From: an uncultured bacterium
Lineage (GTDB): Bacteria > CAIJMQ01
Assembly (NCBI GenBank): GCA_964573245.1
Contig: CAZNJA010000015.1
Span: forward strand, 1 to 26,881
Direction: 5' to 3'
Length of the DNA stretch: 26,881 nt
A model generated the notes under the pieces. It was not told the origin of the DNA. It searched no databases and was given only the letters and a program-made list of their open reading frames with translations. Positions within the stretch are counted from its first letter, which is position 1; each line of letters opens with the position of its first letter. Below, in pieces: positions 1 to 11,792 of this stretch. A program made the translations under genes and the position numbers.

Positions 1-54
1 CGCCCCTTCCTCCTTCGCCAAGGCTTCGGAGGATAAATCGGGGCTCGCAATGAC
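1..54. repeat. Partial REP-like palindromic element ending CTCGCAATGAC, with a nested TCCTCC-TTCGCCAAGGCTTC-GGAGGA hairpin
   Basis: GCCCC(2-6)/GGGGC(40-44) arms enclose a second hairpin at 8-33; lies downstream of the minus-strand protease; cut by the window edge. Confidence 0.55.
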
Positions 55-86
55 AGGGGAAGGGAATTCCTTTGTAAAAAAAATTC

Positions 87-1202
87 CTATCCCATTTTTA
101 TCGGATTGGGCATAAAAGTTAGGATAAAGATAATTACTGCTATTAAAGCTAATATTTTCTCCTGTTTCCCTATGGGCGCAAGTTCGTTCATAGCGCCGGG
201 GTTTCCTCCTTTAGAAAGAAAAAATCCGATTAATCCCCAAACGAACCAACCGGGCCAGACAGGATAACCGAAAAATCCTAATGAACCTATCGTGAGCATA
301 ATGCTACATATAAATAAAGAAAGACGCAAATGGTTTCTGCTGCCGAGTATTGCTCTTGCGATATGTCCTCCGTCGAGTTGCCCCACGGGAATAAGGTTTA
401 AAAACGTTACGAATAATCCAACCCATCCGGCAAGAGCAAGCGGATGAAAAAGTATGCCGCTGTTTTCGGGAACGGTTAGGGTTATATTTGTTAACAGGAG
501 CATAAGAATGGATTGTCCGAAAATTATTCCGCCTTCTTTCATCGGAGCGATATCTACTAAAAACGAAAGTTTAAGCCCTGTTATCAACACAATGATACTG
601 AAGAAAAATCCTACAAGAGGCCCTGCTATGCCGAGCTGAATTTGCGAATTTTTATCGGGCATTGGCGAGCGTATTTTTATTACCGCGCCTAATGTTCCCA
701 AAGGCATTATAAACGGAGGAACAGGGATGAAAAAAGGTCCGTCTGCCGGAACATGGTTTTTTATTGATAAAATTTTATGTCCCAATTCGTGGCTTCCCAA
801 AACAAGAAGAAGCCCTACGGAAAAAGATAATGCTCCGAACCATATATTGCTCATATAACCTTCTTTGACCAAGCCATAAGAAAAAAAGTATCCCGCCATA
901 GTCGTGGTAATAAAAGTCAAAAAGAAAAGAAGTATGAGGAAACTTTTTTTTGCGGGTTTTGTCTGCGGAATTTTAGCCAGAATGCAGATATTTTTTTCTT
1001 TGTCTTTTCTTAAGAAAGGATAAAAATTTTCCGTTTCGAAATCTTTTCTTACGATATCGAAATCGTTTAACAGATGACTAAACGAAAAAGAAAACATTCT
1101 TGGGTGGGATATGAGTTGCACATCTGCAAAATGTTTTTTGATAATGGGAACCACGCCACCTGTGGCGAAATCGGCGTTTATTGTGTTCGATGAATTATTC
1201 AT
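87..1202 (-). CDS. Site-2 (M50 family) intramembrane zinc metalloprotease
   Basis: HELGH zinc motif, AGP motif, NLIPVGQLDGGH motif, multiple TM segments. Start placed at 1202 (ATGA overlap with helicase stop, GGAG upstream); ORF extends to 1214. Confidence 0.9.
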   Translation of the reverse strand: MNNSSNTINADFATGGVVPIIKKHFADVQLISHPRMFSFSFSHLLNDFDIVRKDFETENFYPFLRKDKEKNICILAKIPQTKPAKKSFLILLFFLTFITTTMAGYFFSYGLVKEGYMSNIWFGALSFSVGLLLVLGSHELGHKILSIKNHVPADGPFFIPVPPFIMPLGTLGAVIKIRSPMPDKNSQIQLGIAGPLVGFFFSIIVLITGLKLSFLVDIAPMKEGGIIFGQSILMLLLTNITLTVPENSGILFHPLALAGWVGLFVTFLNLIPVGQLDGGHIARAILGSRNHLRLSLFICSIMLTIGSLGFFGYPVWPGWFVWGLIGFFLSKGGNPGAMNELAPIGKQEKILALIAVIIFILTFMPNPIKMG

Positions 1203-3163
1203 TTTAGGCTCCATTGCTCGTATGCTCCTTCATCTACTTCACTTAAAAACGATGAGGGGCTATTTTGCGTCCAGGGAGAGTTACTCCTCATGGAAACGAT
1301 AGGGTAGGTCAGGTAAAGTTGGTCTTTTGCTCTTGTCAGGGCGACATAAAACAGCCGTCTTTCTTCTTCTCTTTCTTCGGCGTTTTCCGCTTTGTACGAC
1401 GGGAAATATCCTTCCACTACGGAGATTATAAAAACCACTTTCCATTCCAGCCCTTTTGCTTGATGAACAGTAGAAAGGATAAGCCCTTTTTCTCCACCTT
1501 TCAAATTGGACATATCTTCCGCTCGGAGTCCTCCCATCAAAGCAAGTTCCGATACAAATGATTCACAGGATGAATATGTTTTCGCAAATCTTGCAAGTTG
1601 CTGAATATCTTCCAATCTTCTTTCCCAGTCCGTATAAGTCGTTTCCAGATATGTAAGATAAGTATCCTTTAATATAATTTGTATCATTGAGGAAGGGTCT
1701 AAATTAAGTTTTGCGTTATCGAGTTTTTTGAGTAGATTAATAAAACGAGTAAATCCGCTTTCAGCGAGTTTAGGCATTTCTATCTTTTGAGCAGTTAGAT
1801 TAAGTGGTTTTTCACTGTTGATTATTTTGTCGTATATTTTATTTGCTGTGGCTTCACCGATTTTGGGAATGTGTTTCAAAAGCCGCATCCATGAAATTTG
1901 GTCTTTTTTATTTTCTATTATTCTCATATATGAAAGAATATCTTTCATATGCGCCTGCTCGAAAAATCTTAAGCCTGACCTTGTCCAGAAAGGTATCCCT
2001 CTTTTTGTTAGTTCCATTTGAAGTTCCATTGAGTGAAAATGCGCTCTGTAAAGAACGGCGATATCCGACAAACTGATGCCTTCTTCGTAAAGTTCAAAAA
2101 CTCTTTGCGCGATAAAAGATGCTTGCTGATAAACATCTATAGTAGGGACTACTATCGGATTTATTCCGTCTTTTCTTTTTGGAATAAGCGCTTTTTTGAA
2201 TTTATGGTGGGCGGACGAAATTATATAATTTGCGAAATTCAAGATATGCGGCGTGGAGCGATAGTTTGTATCTACCGTAAATATTTTCGCATCGGGATAT
2301 TTTTTGGGAAATTCTAAAATATTTTCATATCTTGCGCCTCTGAAAGAATAAATTGATTGGAAATCATCTCCCACAACCATCAGATTTTTCCAGTGCGAAG
2401 CCAGAAGATCTAGGATTTCGGATTGCAGAAGGTTTGTGTCCTGATATTCGTCCACAAGTATATATCTAAAAGCTTTAGAATAATTTTCTCTTACTGTTTG
2501 GTCTTCGCTTAAAAGAAAGAGAAGTTTTTCGAGCAAGTCATCAAAATCGAGTGCATTTATATCTTTTTTCTTTTTCTCGTATTTTTTGAAAATTTTTTGG
2601 ATGTCTTGCGAAAATTCATCCATATGAGGATATTTTTTTTCTATTACTCTTCTTACATGTTCGCGTGTATTTATCGAAAGGCCCAGAATATTCTGAAGCA
2701 CGCCGACTTTTGGAAATAGTTTGCCCGTTTGTTTAGGGATTACTTCTTGCCTGCATATATTCAGAAGGTCTTGCGAATCGCTGTTGTCCAAAATAGTATA
2801 GTCGGATTTAAAACCTATTTTTGCGGCGTGTTTTCTCAAAATCAAATTGCCTATATGATGAAAAGTGCCTCCGCGTAATTTTGCAATATCCGTATTTATC
2901 AATTCACAGGCGCGTTGCAACATTTCTCTTGCGGCTTTTTGAGTGAAGGTGACAAGGAGAATGTTTTCGGCGGAAACGCCTTTTTCCGTAAGATATGCGA
3001 CCCTTGAGGTAACAACTCTTGTTTTTCCACTTCCTGCACCCGCGATTACCATGCAGGGACCGTCTTCAGCTGTCACCGCTTTAAGTTGTTGCGGGTTCAA
3101 CTCTTTCAAGTAATCTCCACTTGATGTAATCTTTTTAGAGGATTGAAGAATATATTCGGGCAT
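1199..3163 (-). CDS. UvrD/PcrA/Rep family SF1 ATP-dependent DNA helicase
   Basis: AGAGSGKT Walker A, TFT, GTFH, LVDEYQDTN, VGDDFQSIYSFRGA, NYRST, STVHQAKGLEW, EERRLFYVALTRAK. Confidence 0.95.
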   Translation of the reverse strand: MPEYILQSSKKITSSGDYLKELNPQQLKAVTAEDGPCMVIAGAGSGKTRVVTSRVAYLTEKGVSAENILLVTFTQKAAREMLQRACELINTDIAKLRGGTFHHIGNLILRKHAAKIGFKSDYTILDNSDSQDLLNICRQEVIPKQTGKLFPKVGVLQNILGLSINTREHVRRVIEKKYPHMDEFSQDIQKIFKKYEKKKKDINALDFDDLLEKLLFLLSEDQTVRENYSKAFRYILVDEYQDTNLLQSEILDLLASHWKNLMVVGDDFQSIYSFRGARYENILEFPKKYPDAKIFTVDTNYRSTPHILNFANYIISSAHHKFKKALIPKRKDGINPIVVPTIDVYQQASFIAQRVFELYEEGISLSDIAVLYRAHFHSMELQMELTKRGIPFWTRSGLRFFEQAHMKDILSYMRIIENKKDQISWMRLLKHIPKIGEATANKIYDKIINSEKPLNLTAQKIEMPKLAESGFTRFINLLKKLDNAKLNLDPSSMIQIILKDTYLTYLETTYTDWERRLEDIQQLARFAKTYSSCESFVSELALMGGLRAEDMSNLKGGEKGLILSTVHQAKGLEWKVVFIISVVEGYFPSYKAENAEEREEERRLFYVALTRAKDQLYLTYPIVSMRSNSPWTQNSPSSFLSEVDEGAYEQWSLK

Positions 3164-3171
3164 AAAATAAT

Positions 3172-3275
3172 AATAACCAAGATATAAGAAACAATAACCA
3201 AACGATTTTTTAATGTTTTTATTTGGATATTCTTATTTGGCCATTTGTATCTTGTTTCTTGGTGTTTGGTTATTG
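3172..3275. repeat. Intergenic hairpin of inverted 7-nt tandem repeats (AATAACC/AAGAAAC type)
   Basis: AATAACC AAGATAT AAGAAAC AATAACC ... TGTATCTT GTTTCTT GGTGTTT GGTTATT. Confidence 0.75.
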
Positions 3276-3282
3276 AAAAAAT

Positions 3283-3540
3283 TTATTCCTGTATTATTTT
3301 GTAAACTAAATCGTGAATTCTTACTCGTTCTTTCAGTTTTATGGCTATATCATCGCCTTTTTCACCTTTTTCAACAGGTGCGTTGTCTATCTGCATTGAA
3401 TCGATAAGTTGAGTAAAGTCGGTCGTATGCCCCTTTAAATGTATTGTATCCCCCAGTTTCAGTTCTTTTTCAAGTTCTATCACGCCTGCGGGTATGTGTG
3501 GGATAAATTGGGTGATTTTGCCTATTTGTTCTTCTTTCAT
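3283..3540 (-). CDS. Small beta-barrel protein, translation elongation factor-like / U32 peptidase C-terminal-like
   Basis: IGKITQF..AGVIEL..L..GDTIHLKGHTTDF.Q.IDSMQID..GDDIAIK...RVR..D.VYK pattern; SD AGGAGGTG 9 nt before ATG at 3540. Confidence 0.75.
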   Translation of the reverse strand: MKEEQIGKITQFIPHIPAGVIELEKELKLGDTIHLKGHTTDFTQLIDSMQIDNAPVEKGEKGDDIAIKLKERVRIHDLVYKIIQE

Positions 3541-3607
3541 AGTTTTTGTCACCTCCTTTTTTCAAAAAATAGTACCGGTTTATTCTTCCCTTAGGACAAA
3601 AAAATTA

Positions 3608-3616
3608 TGTTATAAT
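3608..3616 (+). promoter_or_regulatory. Putative extended -10 promoter for the murB-fts operon
   Basis: TGTTATAAT in the divergent intergenic region, about 100 nt upstream of murB. Confidence 0.45.
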
Positions 3617-3713
3617 TTCAAACGGTTTATTTAGCGAATGATTTTATCATACATGCATATTTGTTGCACGAGCAGGTAGGCGAATTTGTGTTTTTTGTTC
3701 AAAGAGAAACAAT

Positions 3714-4640
3714 ATGGGCACAGTGCTAAGGAATAGACCCGCACATCAATGTATTGGTGTGAAGGGTAAACCCAATCTTGCTTCAAGCAGAGTAGAGAAA
3801 AGTGTTCCTCTTGCGCAATACACTACATTTGCAGTTGGCGGCAATGCGGATTATTTCTGCCTTGTTCGTTCAAAAAACGATTTAAAGAACCTTATTGTAT
3901 GGTGTAAAGAAAATAATATCTCCTTTTTAGTAATAGGAAACGGAAGCAATCTTTTAGTGAAAGATATAGGATTTAAAGGACTGGCGATTAAATTGGGCGA
4001 CTGTTTCAAGAAAGTGTCTTATTCGAATAAAACGATTACTGCCGGAGCCGCAGTTTCTCTTTCTGTTCTTTTGCAAAAAGCGAAAAACTGTTCTTTGGGA
4101 GGTTTAGAGCCGCTCGCGGGAGTTCCCGGAACAGTTGCAGGCGCTGTAATTACTAATGCCGGGACATCTCACGGAGAAATGAAAGATGTGGTTTCTAAGT
4201 TGGTTGTAATGGATTTGCAAGGTGAAAGAATAATTGAAAAAAAACAAATTGGGTTTTCTTATAGAAAAAGCGATATAGACCCGCAAAAGGAAATAATAAC
4301 GGAAGTTGAATTTTCCCTGTTTGGAAAAGACGGGAGCAAAATAGGCGAAGATATGCAAGATTACCTTAAGCAGCGGAAAAAATGCCAGCCTTGGAATCTA
4401 AAGTCTGCAGGATGTGTGTTTAAAAATCCGCAGGAAGGTCCTGCGGCTAAGTTTATCGAAGAAGCAGGATTAAAGGGATTTGTCAAAGGCGGTGCGGAAG
4501 TTTCTCGGCTTCATGCCAATTTTATAATAAATACCGGCACAGCGACTTCAAGTGATATTTTGGAACTGATAAAGATTATTCAGAAAAAAATCCAGGAAAA
4601 ATTTGGTATATTTTTGAAACCGGAGATAAAAATTGTTTAA
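3714..4640 (+). CDS. murB: UDP-N-acetylenolpyruvoylglucosamine reductase
   Basis: TTFAVGG, IGNGSNLL, GLEPLAGVPGTVAGAVITNAG, FSYRKS, SAGCVFKNP, HANFIIN, PEIKI; start uncertain. Confidence 0.95.
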   Translation: MGTVLRNRPAHQCIGVKGKPNLASSRVEKSVPLAQYTTFAVGGNADYFCLVRSKNDLKNLIVWCKENNISFLVIGNGSNLLVKDIGFKGLAIKLGDCFKKVSYSNKTITAGAAVSLSVLLQKAKNCSLGGLEPLAGVPGTVAGAVITNAGTSHGEMKDVVSKLVVMDLQGERIIEKKQIGFSYRKSDIDPQKEIITEVEFSLFGKDGSKIGEDMQDYLKQRKKCQPWNLKSAGCVFKNPQEGPAAKFIEEAGLKGFVKGGAEVSRLHANFIINTGTATSSDILELIKIIQKKIQEKFGIFLKPEIKIV

Positions 4641-5343
4641 AAAGAATGCTCTCTTTTTACCGTTGTTGAAAAAAATCGGCAGGGTACTCGCAGTAAGCCT
4701 TTTTGCGGCTATAGTAATCCTCTATATTTTTATAGGGTCCGATTTATTTCTTATCAAAGAAGTAAAAGTCCTAAATTCGGAATTGATAAATAAAATAAGT
4801 CTATCCCGGTTTGAAAACAAAAATATTTTTCTCGTTAAATTGAACGCTTTGATGGAAAAAGCAGATAAAATCCCAGAAATCAAATCCATAGTATTTACAA
4901 AAAAATTGCCTCATAAATTGGTGCTTGAAGTTGAAGAATATACACCTTGCGCGCTTTTTAAAGAGGATATAAACTTAGCTGTGTCGAAGGAGGGAGTAGT
5001 TTTCCCTTTCAGAGGAAATATAGATGATACTTATCCTTTATTGGTTTATGGAGGACAAAACAATAAGAAAGACCTAATTTTGGGCGACTCGCGCATAGAA
5101 CTCGAAAGAGCCATAAACACATATCTTTCTATAAAAGACGTAGTTCCCGTGCAAACCATAAAAGTAATATCGCAGACAGAAGTCTTCTTTTATACTAAAA
5201 ACACAAAAACGGAAATTAGAATGAATAGCAAAAAATGCGAACAACAGGCGTATTATCTGACAGTTTTAATGGAAAATTTGCCTTCAAAGAATGTAGAATA
5301 TATGGATTTTAGGTTTGGAGAAGATATACCGGTAAAACCGTGA
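4633..5343 (+). CDS. ftsQ: Cell division protein FtsQ/DivIB
   Basis: Single N-terminal TM, POTRA-like segment (KKLPHKLVLEVEE), C-terminal YMDFRF; between murB and ftsA. Confidence 0.8.
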   Translation: MFKKNALFLPLLKKIGRVLAVSLFAAIVILYIFIGSDLFLIKEVKVLNSELINKISLSRFENKNIFLVKLNALMEKADKIPEIKSIVFTKKLPHKLVLEVEEYTPCALFKEDINLAVSKEGVVFPFRGNIDDTYPLLVYGGQNNKKDLILGDSRIELERAINTYLSIKDVVPVQTIKVISQTEVFFYTKNTKTEIRMNSKKCEQQAYYLTVLMENLPSKNVEYMDFRFGEDIPVKP

Positions 5344-5352
5344 GTTACTAAT

Positions 5353-5442
5353 CGGATATTTGATGCTAGATGCTGGATACTTGTAGAAACTGACGAAAAG
5401 AATTTAGTAACGAGAATCTAGTATCAAGAATCAAGCATCCAG
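5353..5442. repeat. Intergenic hairpin of inverted 7-nt tandem repeats (GATACT/AGTATC family)
   Basis: GGATATT TGATGCT AGATGCT GGATACT ... AGAATCT AGTATCA AGAATCA AGCATCC. Confidence 0.85.
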
Positions 5443-5456
5443 AGTTATTTTAAAAT

Positions 5457-6683
5457 ATGGAAAACAAAAATTTAATCACTGCTATTGATTTTGGCAGTAG
5501 TAAAATCACTGTGGCTGTAGGCAGTTTTAAAGACGGAGAAATCAACCTTAAAGGTTATGAAGTTGAACAATCTGTTGGTATTAGGGCAGGAGTTGTGGTT
5601 GATTTAAAAGCTACCAGCGAGTCTATCAGCAAAATAATTCAAAAAGTGGAAAATGAAGCGAAAATCGAAATATCTTCCGTATTTGTCGGCATTTCGGGGC
5701 AACATATTCATTCAGCCAATAGTGAAGGCAAAATATCTATCTCAACTGACCAGGAAGAAATTGGTGTTCAACATCTAAAAGAAGTTATTTCTAGGGCTAA
5801 ATCGAATCCTTCGTCTTTAGGATTAGAAACATTGCATGTCCTTCCTTCAGAATTTATTTTGGATGATACCGAAGGGATTAGAAACCCAATCGGGCTTTTT
5901 GGTAAAGAACTAAAAGTGAAATTAACTTCGGTAATGGGGCTAACGACGGCGATTCAGAATGCAATAAGATGTGTAAATTTGGTGGGATTGGATGTGGAAC
6001 AAGTTGTTGTAAATACAATTGCTGTGGGAGAAACGATTCTTTATCCCGAAGAGAAGAATTTGGGTGTGGGTCTGATAGATTTGGGTGCGCATTTAACCGA
6101 TGTTGCAATTTACAAAGGGGAATACCCCTCTTATTTATCATCGCTTCCCTATGGGGGAGAAAATTTGTCCCGAGAAATAGCGACAAGACTTCATATTTCA
6201 TTGAAAGAAGCCGAAGAAATCAAGAAAAAACATGGCGTTTGCTTAAGATATTTATTAGACGATGCTAACGAAGAAATAAATTTTGACAAGATACAGTCAA
6301 AAAAAATAAGCAAGTTGGAATTAGCTGAAATAATAGAAGAGAAGAGTGAAATGTTGGTTTTACACATATTTAAAAGAATAGAAAATTTTATTCCTTTCCT
6401 GGGCTCGGGATTTGTGCTTACCGGCGGGACGTCAAATCTTGCAGGGTTGAAGGAAGTTATAGAACAGAGAACAAATTTGCCTGTTAGGATAGGTGGAATT
6501 AGAAGTAGCTTGCTTGCCGAATCTGAGCAAGCAAGCAGATTGAATGAATATGCTGTGTCGTTGGGGCTCATTGCTTGCGGAGAACGTTTTAGAGATAAAG
6601 GGAAATATTTCCCGTGGGAAAGGGAAACCATTTATGATAAAACAATAGGCAGAGTCGTAAATTGGTTTAAAAATTTCTTTTAA
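5457..6683 (+). CDS. ftsA: Cell division protein FtsA
   Basis: IDFGSSK actin-like phosphate loop, GIRAGVVVD, NPIGLFG, EEKNLGVGLIDLG, LTGGTSNL, C-terminal amphipathic VVNWFKNFF. Confidence 0.95.
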   Translation: MENKNLITAIDFGSSKITVAVGSFKDGEINLKGYEVEQSVGIRAGVVVDLKATSESISKIIQKVENEAKIEISSVFVGISGQHIHSANSEGKISISTDQEEIGVQHLKEVISRAKSNPSSLGLETLHVLPSEFILDDTEGIRNPIGLFGKELKVKLTSVMGLTTAIQNAIRCVNLVGLDVEQVVVNTIAVGETILYPEEKNLGVGLIDLGAHLTDVAIYKGEYPSYLSSLPYGGENLSREIATRLHISLKEAEEIKKKHGVCLRYLLDDANEEINFDKIQSKKISKLELAEIIEEKSEMLVLHIFKRIENFIPFLGSGFVLTGGTSNLAGLKEVIEQRTNLPVRIGGIRSSLLAESEQASRLNEYAVSLGLIACGERFRDKGKYFPWERETIYDKTIGRVVNWFKNFF

Positions 6684-6702
6684 TCGGGACATAGTTTTAT
6701 TG

Positions 6703-6786
6703 CTCGGCGGAGTATCGGGGAAATATCCCTGCTCGCAAAAGATTGGTAGGCGGGGAAGAAATTTTCCCGATGTCTCATGTTGCGGG
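6703..6786. repeat. Palindromic element between ftsA and ftsZ, inverted homologue of 20452-20536
   Basis: ATCGGGGAAAT..ATTTTCCCGAT stem; both ends align with the reverse complement of 20452-20536. Confidence 0.7.
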
Positions 6787-6809
6787 ATTTATCAAAGAAA
6801 CAATATTGC

Positions 6810-6818
6810 TGTTATAAT
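6810..6818 (+). promoter_or_regulatory. Putative extended -10 promoter upstream of ftsZ
   Basis: TGTTATAAT 25 nt upstream of the ftsZ ATG. Confidence 0.45.
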
Positions 6819-6843
6819 CTCAATGAGTGTTATTTAATAAGAA

Positions 6844-7887
6844 ATGTTTAAAATAGATAATAGAACCAATGGGAAATCCGCTTTAAATGTAAAGGTTTTT
6901 GGCGTAGGCGGAGCTGGTGGGAATATTGTAAATTTGGCGGCAAGAGATGCTTTTTCAGGTATAGAATTTATTAGTGTTAATACGGATTCTCAAGCACTGA
7001 AAGCTTCGCTGGCTCCTATAAAAATAGAGTTAGGCACGTATGCAACCAAAGGAGAAGGCACGGGCGGCAATTTAGACGCTGGGAAGAGAGCTTGTGAAGA
7101 ACAGAGGGAAGAAATAGTACAAGTGTTAAAAGGAGCACATCTTGTTTTCGTTGTGGCGGGGATGGGCGGAGGTACGGGAACCGGCGCATCTCCTGTTATT
7201 TCGGAAATCGCTCACGGGCTCGGAATAATGACTATTGCTATTGTGTCTCTCCCGTTTTCTTTCGAAGGCAAAAAGAAAAAGGTGAAAGCGTTAAGGGGCA
7301 AAGAAGATTTAAAAAGAAACGTGGATGCTTTGATTGCCATAGAAAATGACAAATTGTTCGTAAATTTTACCGAAGGTTTATCACTGTCTGAAAGTTTCAA
7401 TAAAGCAAACGGGATTTTTGCGGAAATTATAGAGTGCCTTTCTTCTCATTTAATAAATCCCGGAATTGTAAATATGGATATGGCGGCGTTTAGAAAAGTG
7501 ATAGAAGGCGGCAGAGAAATTGTTTTGGCCATCGGCGAAGCAGAAGGCGAAAATAGGGTTTTGTCCGCCATAGATGCGGCGGCTAATTCTCCATGGCTTG
7601 AAAAAAATAGTTTCAAGAAACTGAAAAGAGTTTTAATAAGTGTTATGGGCGGAGAAGATTTGAATTTTAGGGAAGTAAGCCAAGTTGTGGAGATGATTAA
7701 TCATAGGATTCATCCCGACGCGTATATTACATTCGGAGCTTTTTCTTTGCCCAGATATAACAACAAACTCAAAGTGATTGTTGTCGGAGACACGTCTGTT
7801 GCCGAACACGTCCAGGATTTTAAGGAAGAAACAACGGTTTCATCAACAAAGAAAAGCGAGGGAGGTCCTTTCTTATGGAAAGAATAG
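6844..7887 (+). CDS. ftsZ: Cell division protein FtsZ (divergent)
   Basis: GVGGAGGN, NTDSQAL, tubulin signature GMGGGTGTG, PFSFEG; follows ftsA; T7 loop atypical (NMDMAA). Confidence 0.93.
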   Translation: MFKIDNRTNGKSALNVKVFGVGGAGGNIVNLAARDAFSGIEFISVNTDSQALKASLAPIKIELGTYATKGEGTGGNLDAGKRACEEQREEIVQVLKGAHLVFVVAGMGGGTGTGASPVISEIAHGLGIMTIAIVSLPFSFEGKKKKVKALRGKEDLKRNVDALIAIENDKLFVNFTEGLSLSESFNKANGIFAEIIECLSSHLINPGIVNMDMAAFRKVIEGGREIVLAIGEAEGENRVLSAIDAAANSPWLEKNSFKKLKRVLISVMGGEDLNFREVSQVVEMINHRIHPDAYITFGAFSLPRYNNKLKVIVVGDTSVAEHVQDFKEETTVSSTKKSEGGPFLWKE

Positions 7888-9122
7888 ACAACGAAGAAAT
7901 AAAAAATGTAGATGCGGAAGTCTGGGATTGGATTGACAAAGAGCAAATGCGTGAAAGGGAAACAATAAATTTGATAGCGTCGGAAAATTTTGCTTCTTTA
8001 CCCGTTCTTTTGGCTCAGGGTTCGGTTTTAACAAATAAGTATGCGGAGGGATATCCTTTTTCACGATATTACGGCGGTTGCCAGTTTATCGATAGAATAG
8101 AAAAAATAGCGGTTGAAAGGACAAAAAAACTATTTAATTGCGAACATGCTAATGTTCAGCCGCATTCCGGCTCTGGGGCGAATATGGCGGTTTATTTTTC
8201 ATCGCTTAAAACCGGAGACGCAATCTTGGGTATGGATTTACGTTCGGGCGGACACCTTACTCACGGCAGCAATGTAAGTTTTTCAGGTAAGTTTTATAGA
8301 GCGTATTCTTATGGCGTAAACCCAAAAACTGAAAAGATTGATTTTAACGTTGTTGAAGATTTGGCGAAAAAATATAACCCCAAATTGATTATATGCGGTT
8401 ATTCAGCATATCCCAGACAAGTGGATTTCAAATCTTTCTCTGAAATTGCTTCAAAGGTCGGAGCGTATCTTTTAGCCGATATTGCGCATATCGCAGGTTT
8501 TGTCGCGGCAGGACTTCATCCTTCTCCGCATCCTTTTACCGATTTCACAACAACGACCACGCATAAAACATTAAGAGGCCCTCGCGGCGGAATAGTAATG
8601 TGCAAGGAAAAATTTGCTAAAAAAATAGATTCCACCGTATTTCCGGGAATTCAGGGTGGCCCTCTTATGCATGTTATTGCGGCAAAAGCAATCGCGCTTA
8701 AATTGGCTTCTACAAACGAATTTAAAGAATATCAGAGAGAAGTCCTTTCCAACGCAAAGGTCATGGCTGCAGCGTTGCAAAAATTGGGTTACAGGATTGT
8801 TTCCGGTGGAACGGATACCCATATTGTCCTTGTGGATTTGCGGTCTAAGGGAATAAATGGCAAAGAGGCGGAAGAAATATTGGGAAAGGTTAATATCTGC
8901 GTAAACAAAAACACTATTCCTTTTGACCCGCTTCCCGCTAATTTAACTTCGGGTATCAGATTAGGAACGCCTTCGGTAACGACTCAGGGCATGGGAGAAA
9001 AAGAAATTGAACTTGTTGCCTCGTTCATTCATAGTGCTTTAACAAACAGGAACGATGAGAAAAAACTTGAGTCAATACGGGAAGAAGTAAAAACTCTGTG
9101 CAGACAATTCCCGCCGTATTAA
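7875..9122 (+). CDS. glyA: Serine hydroxymethyltransferase
   Basis: LIASEN, NKYAEGYP..RYYGGC, NVQPHSG, GGHLTHG, TTTTHKTLRGPRGG (PLP Lys), FPGIQGGP, SGIRLGT. Confidence 0.98.
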   Translation: MERIDNEEIKNVDAEVWDWIDKEQMRERETINLIASENFASLPVLLAQGSVLTNKYAEGYPFSRYYGGCQFIDRIEKIAVERTKKLFNCEHANVQPHSGSGANMAVYFSSLKTGDAILGMDLRSGGHLTHGSNVSFSGKFYRAYSYGVNPKTEKIDFNVVEDLAKKYNPKLIICGYSAYPRQVDFKSFSEIASKVGAYLLADIAHIAGFVAAGLHPSPHPFTDFTTTTTHKTLRGPRGGIVMCKEKFAKKIDSTVFPGIQGGPLMHVIAAKAIALKLASTNEFKEYQREVLSNAKVMAAALQKLGYRIVSGGTDTHIVLVDLRSKGINGKEAEEILGKVNICVNKNTIPFDPLPANLTSGIRLGTPSVTTQGMGEKEIELVASFIHSALTNRNDEKKLESIREEVKTLCRQFPPY

Positions 9123-9256
9123 AGAAAGACTATAGACTAAATATTCAACATTTTTCCGATACGGGGATAAATGTTTAACCTATCTGGGCCAAATTACTTC
9201 AATAAAATTGAAAGTTAAAACACTTGAAGCTAAAGATACTAAAAAGGAAAATTGAT

Positions 9257-11721
<2,465 letters not shown>

Positions 11722-11730
11722 GGTTTACCA

Positions 11731-11775
11731 TTCAAAATTTCAAATTTAAGATTTAGAATTTTAATATTTAATTTT
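11731..11775. repeat. Short degenerate AT-rich inverted 7-nt repeat tract
   Basis: TTCAAAA TTTCAAA TTTAAG / TTTAGAA TTTTAAT ATTTAAT between tgt and yajC. Confidence 0.4.
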
Positions 11776-11792
11776 TATTAAAGGGGGGTTAA

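Noticed and set aside
7800-7887. Frameshift removing the FtsZ C-terminal peptide
   Set aside because: No IPAFLR-like peptide seen in the other frames; PFLWKE is more likely a diverged tail overlapping the glyA SD and start
9126-9140. AGACTAT AGACTAA heptamer pair after glyA
   Set aside because: Only two units and no complementary arm; could be chance
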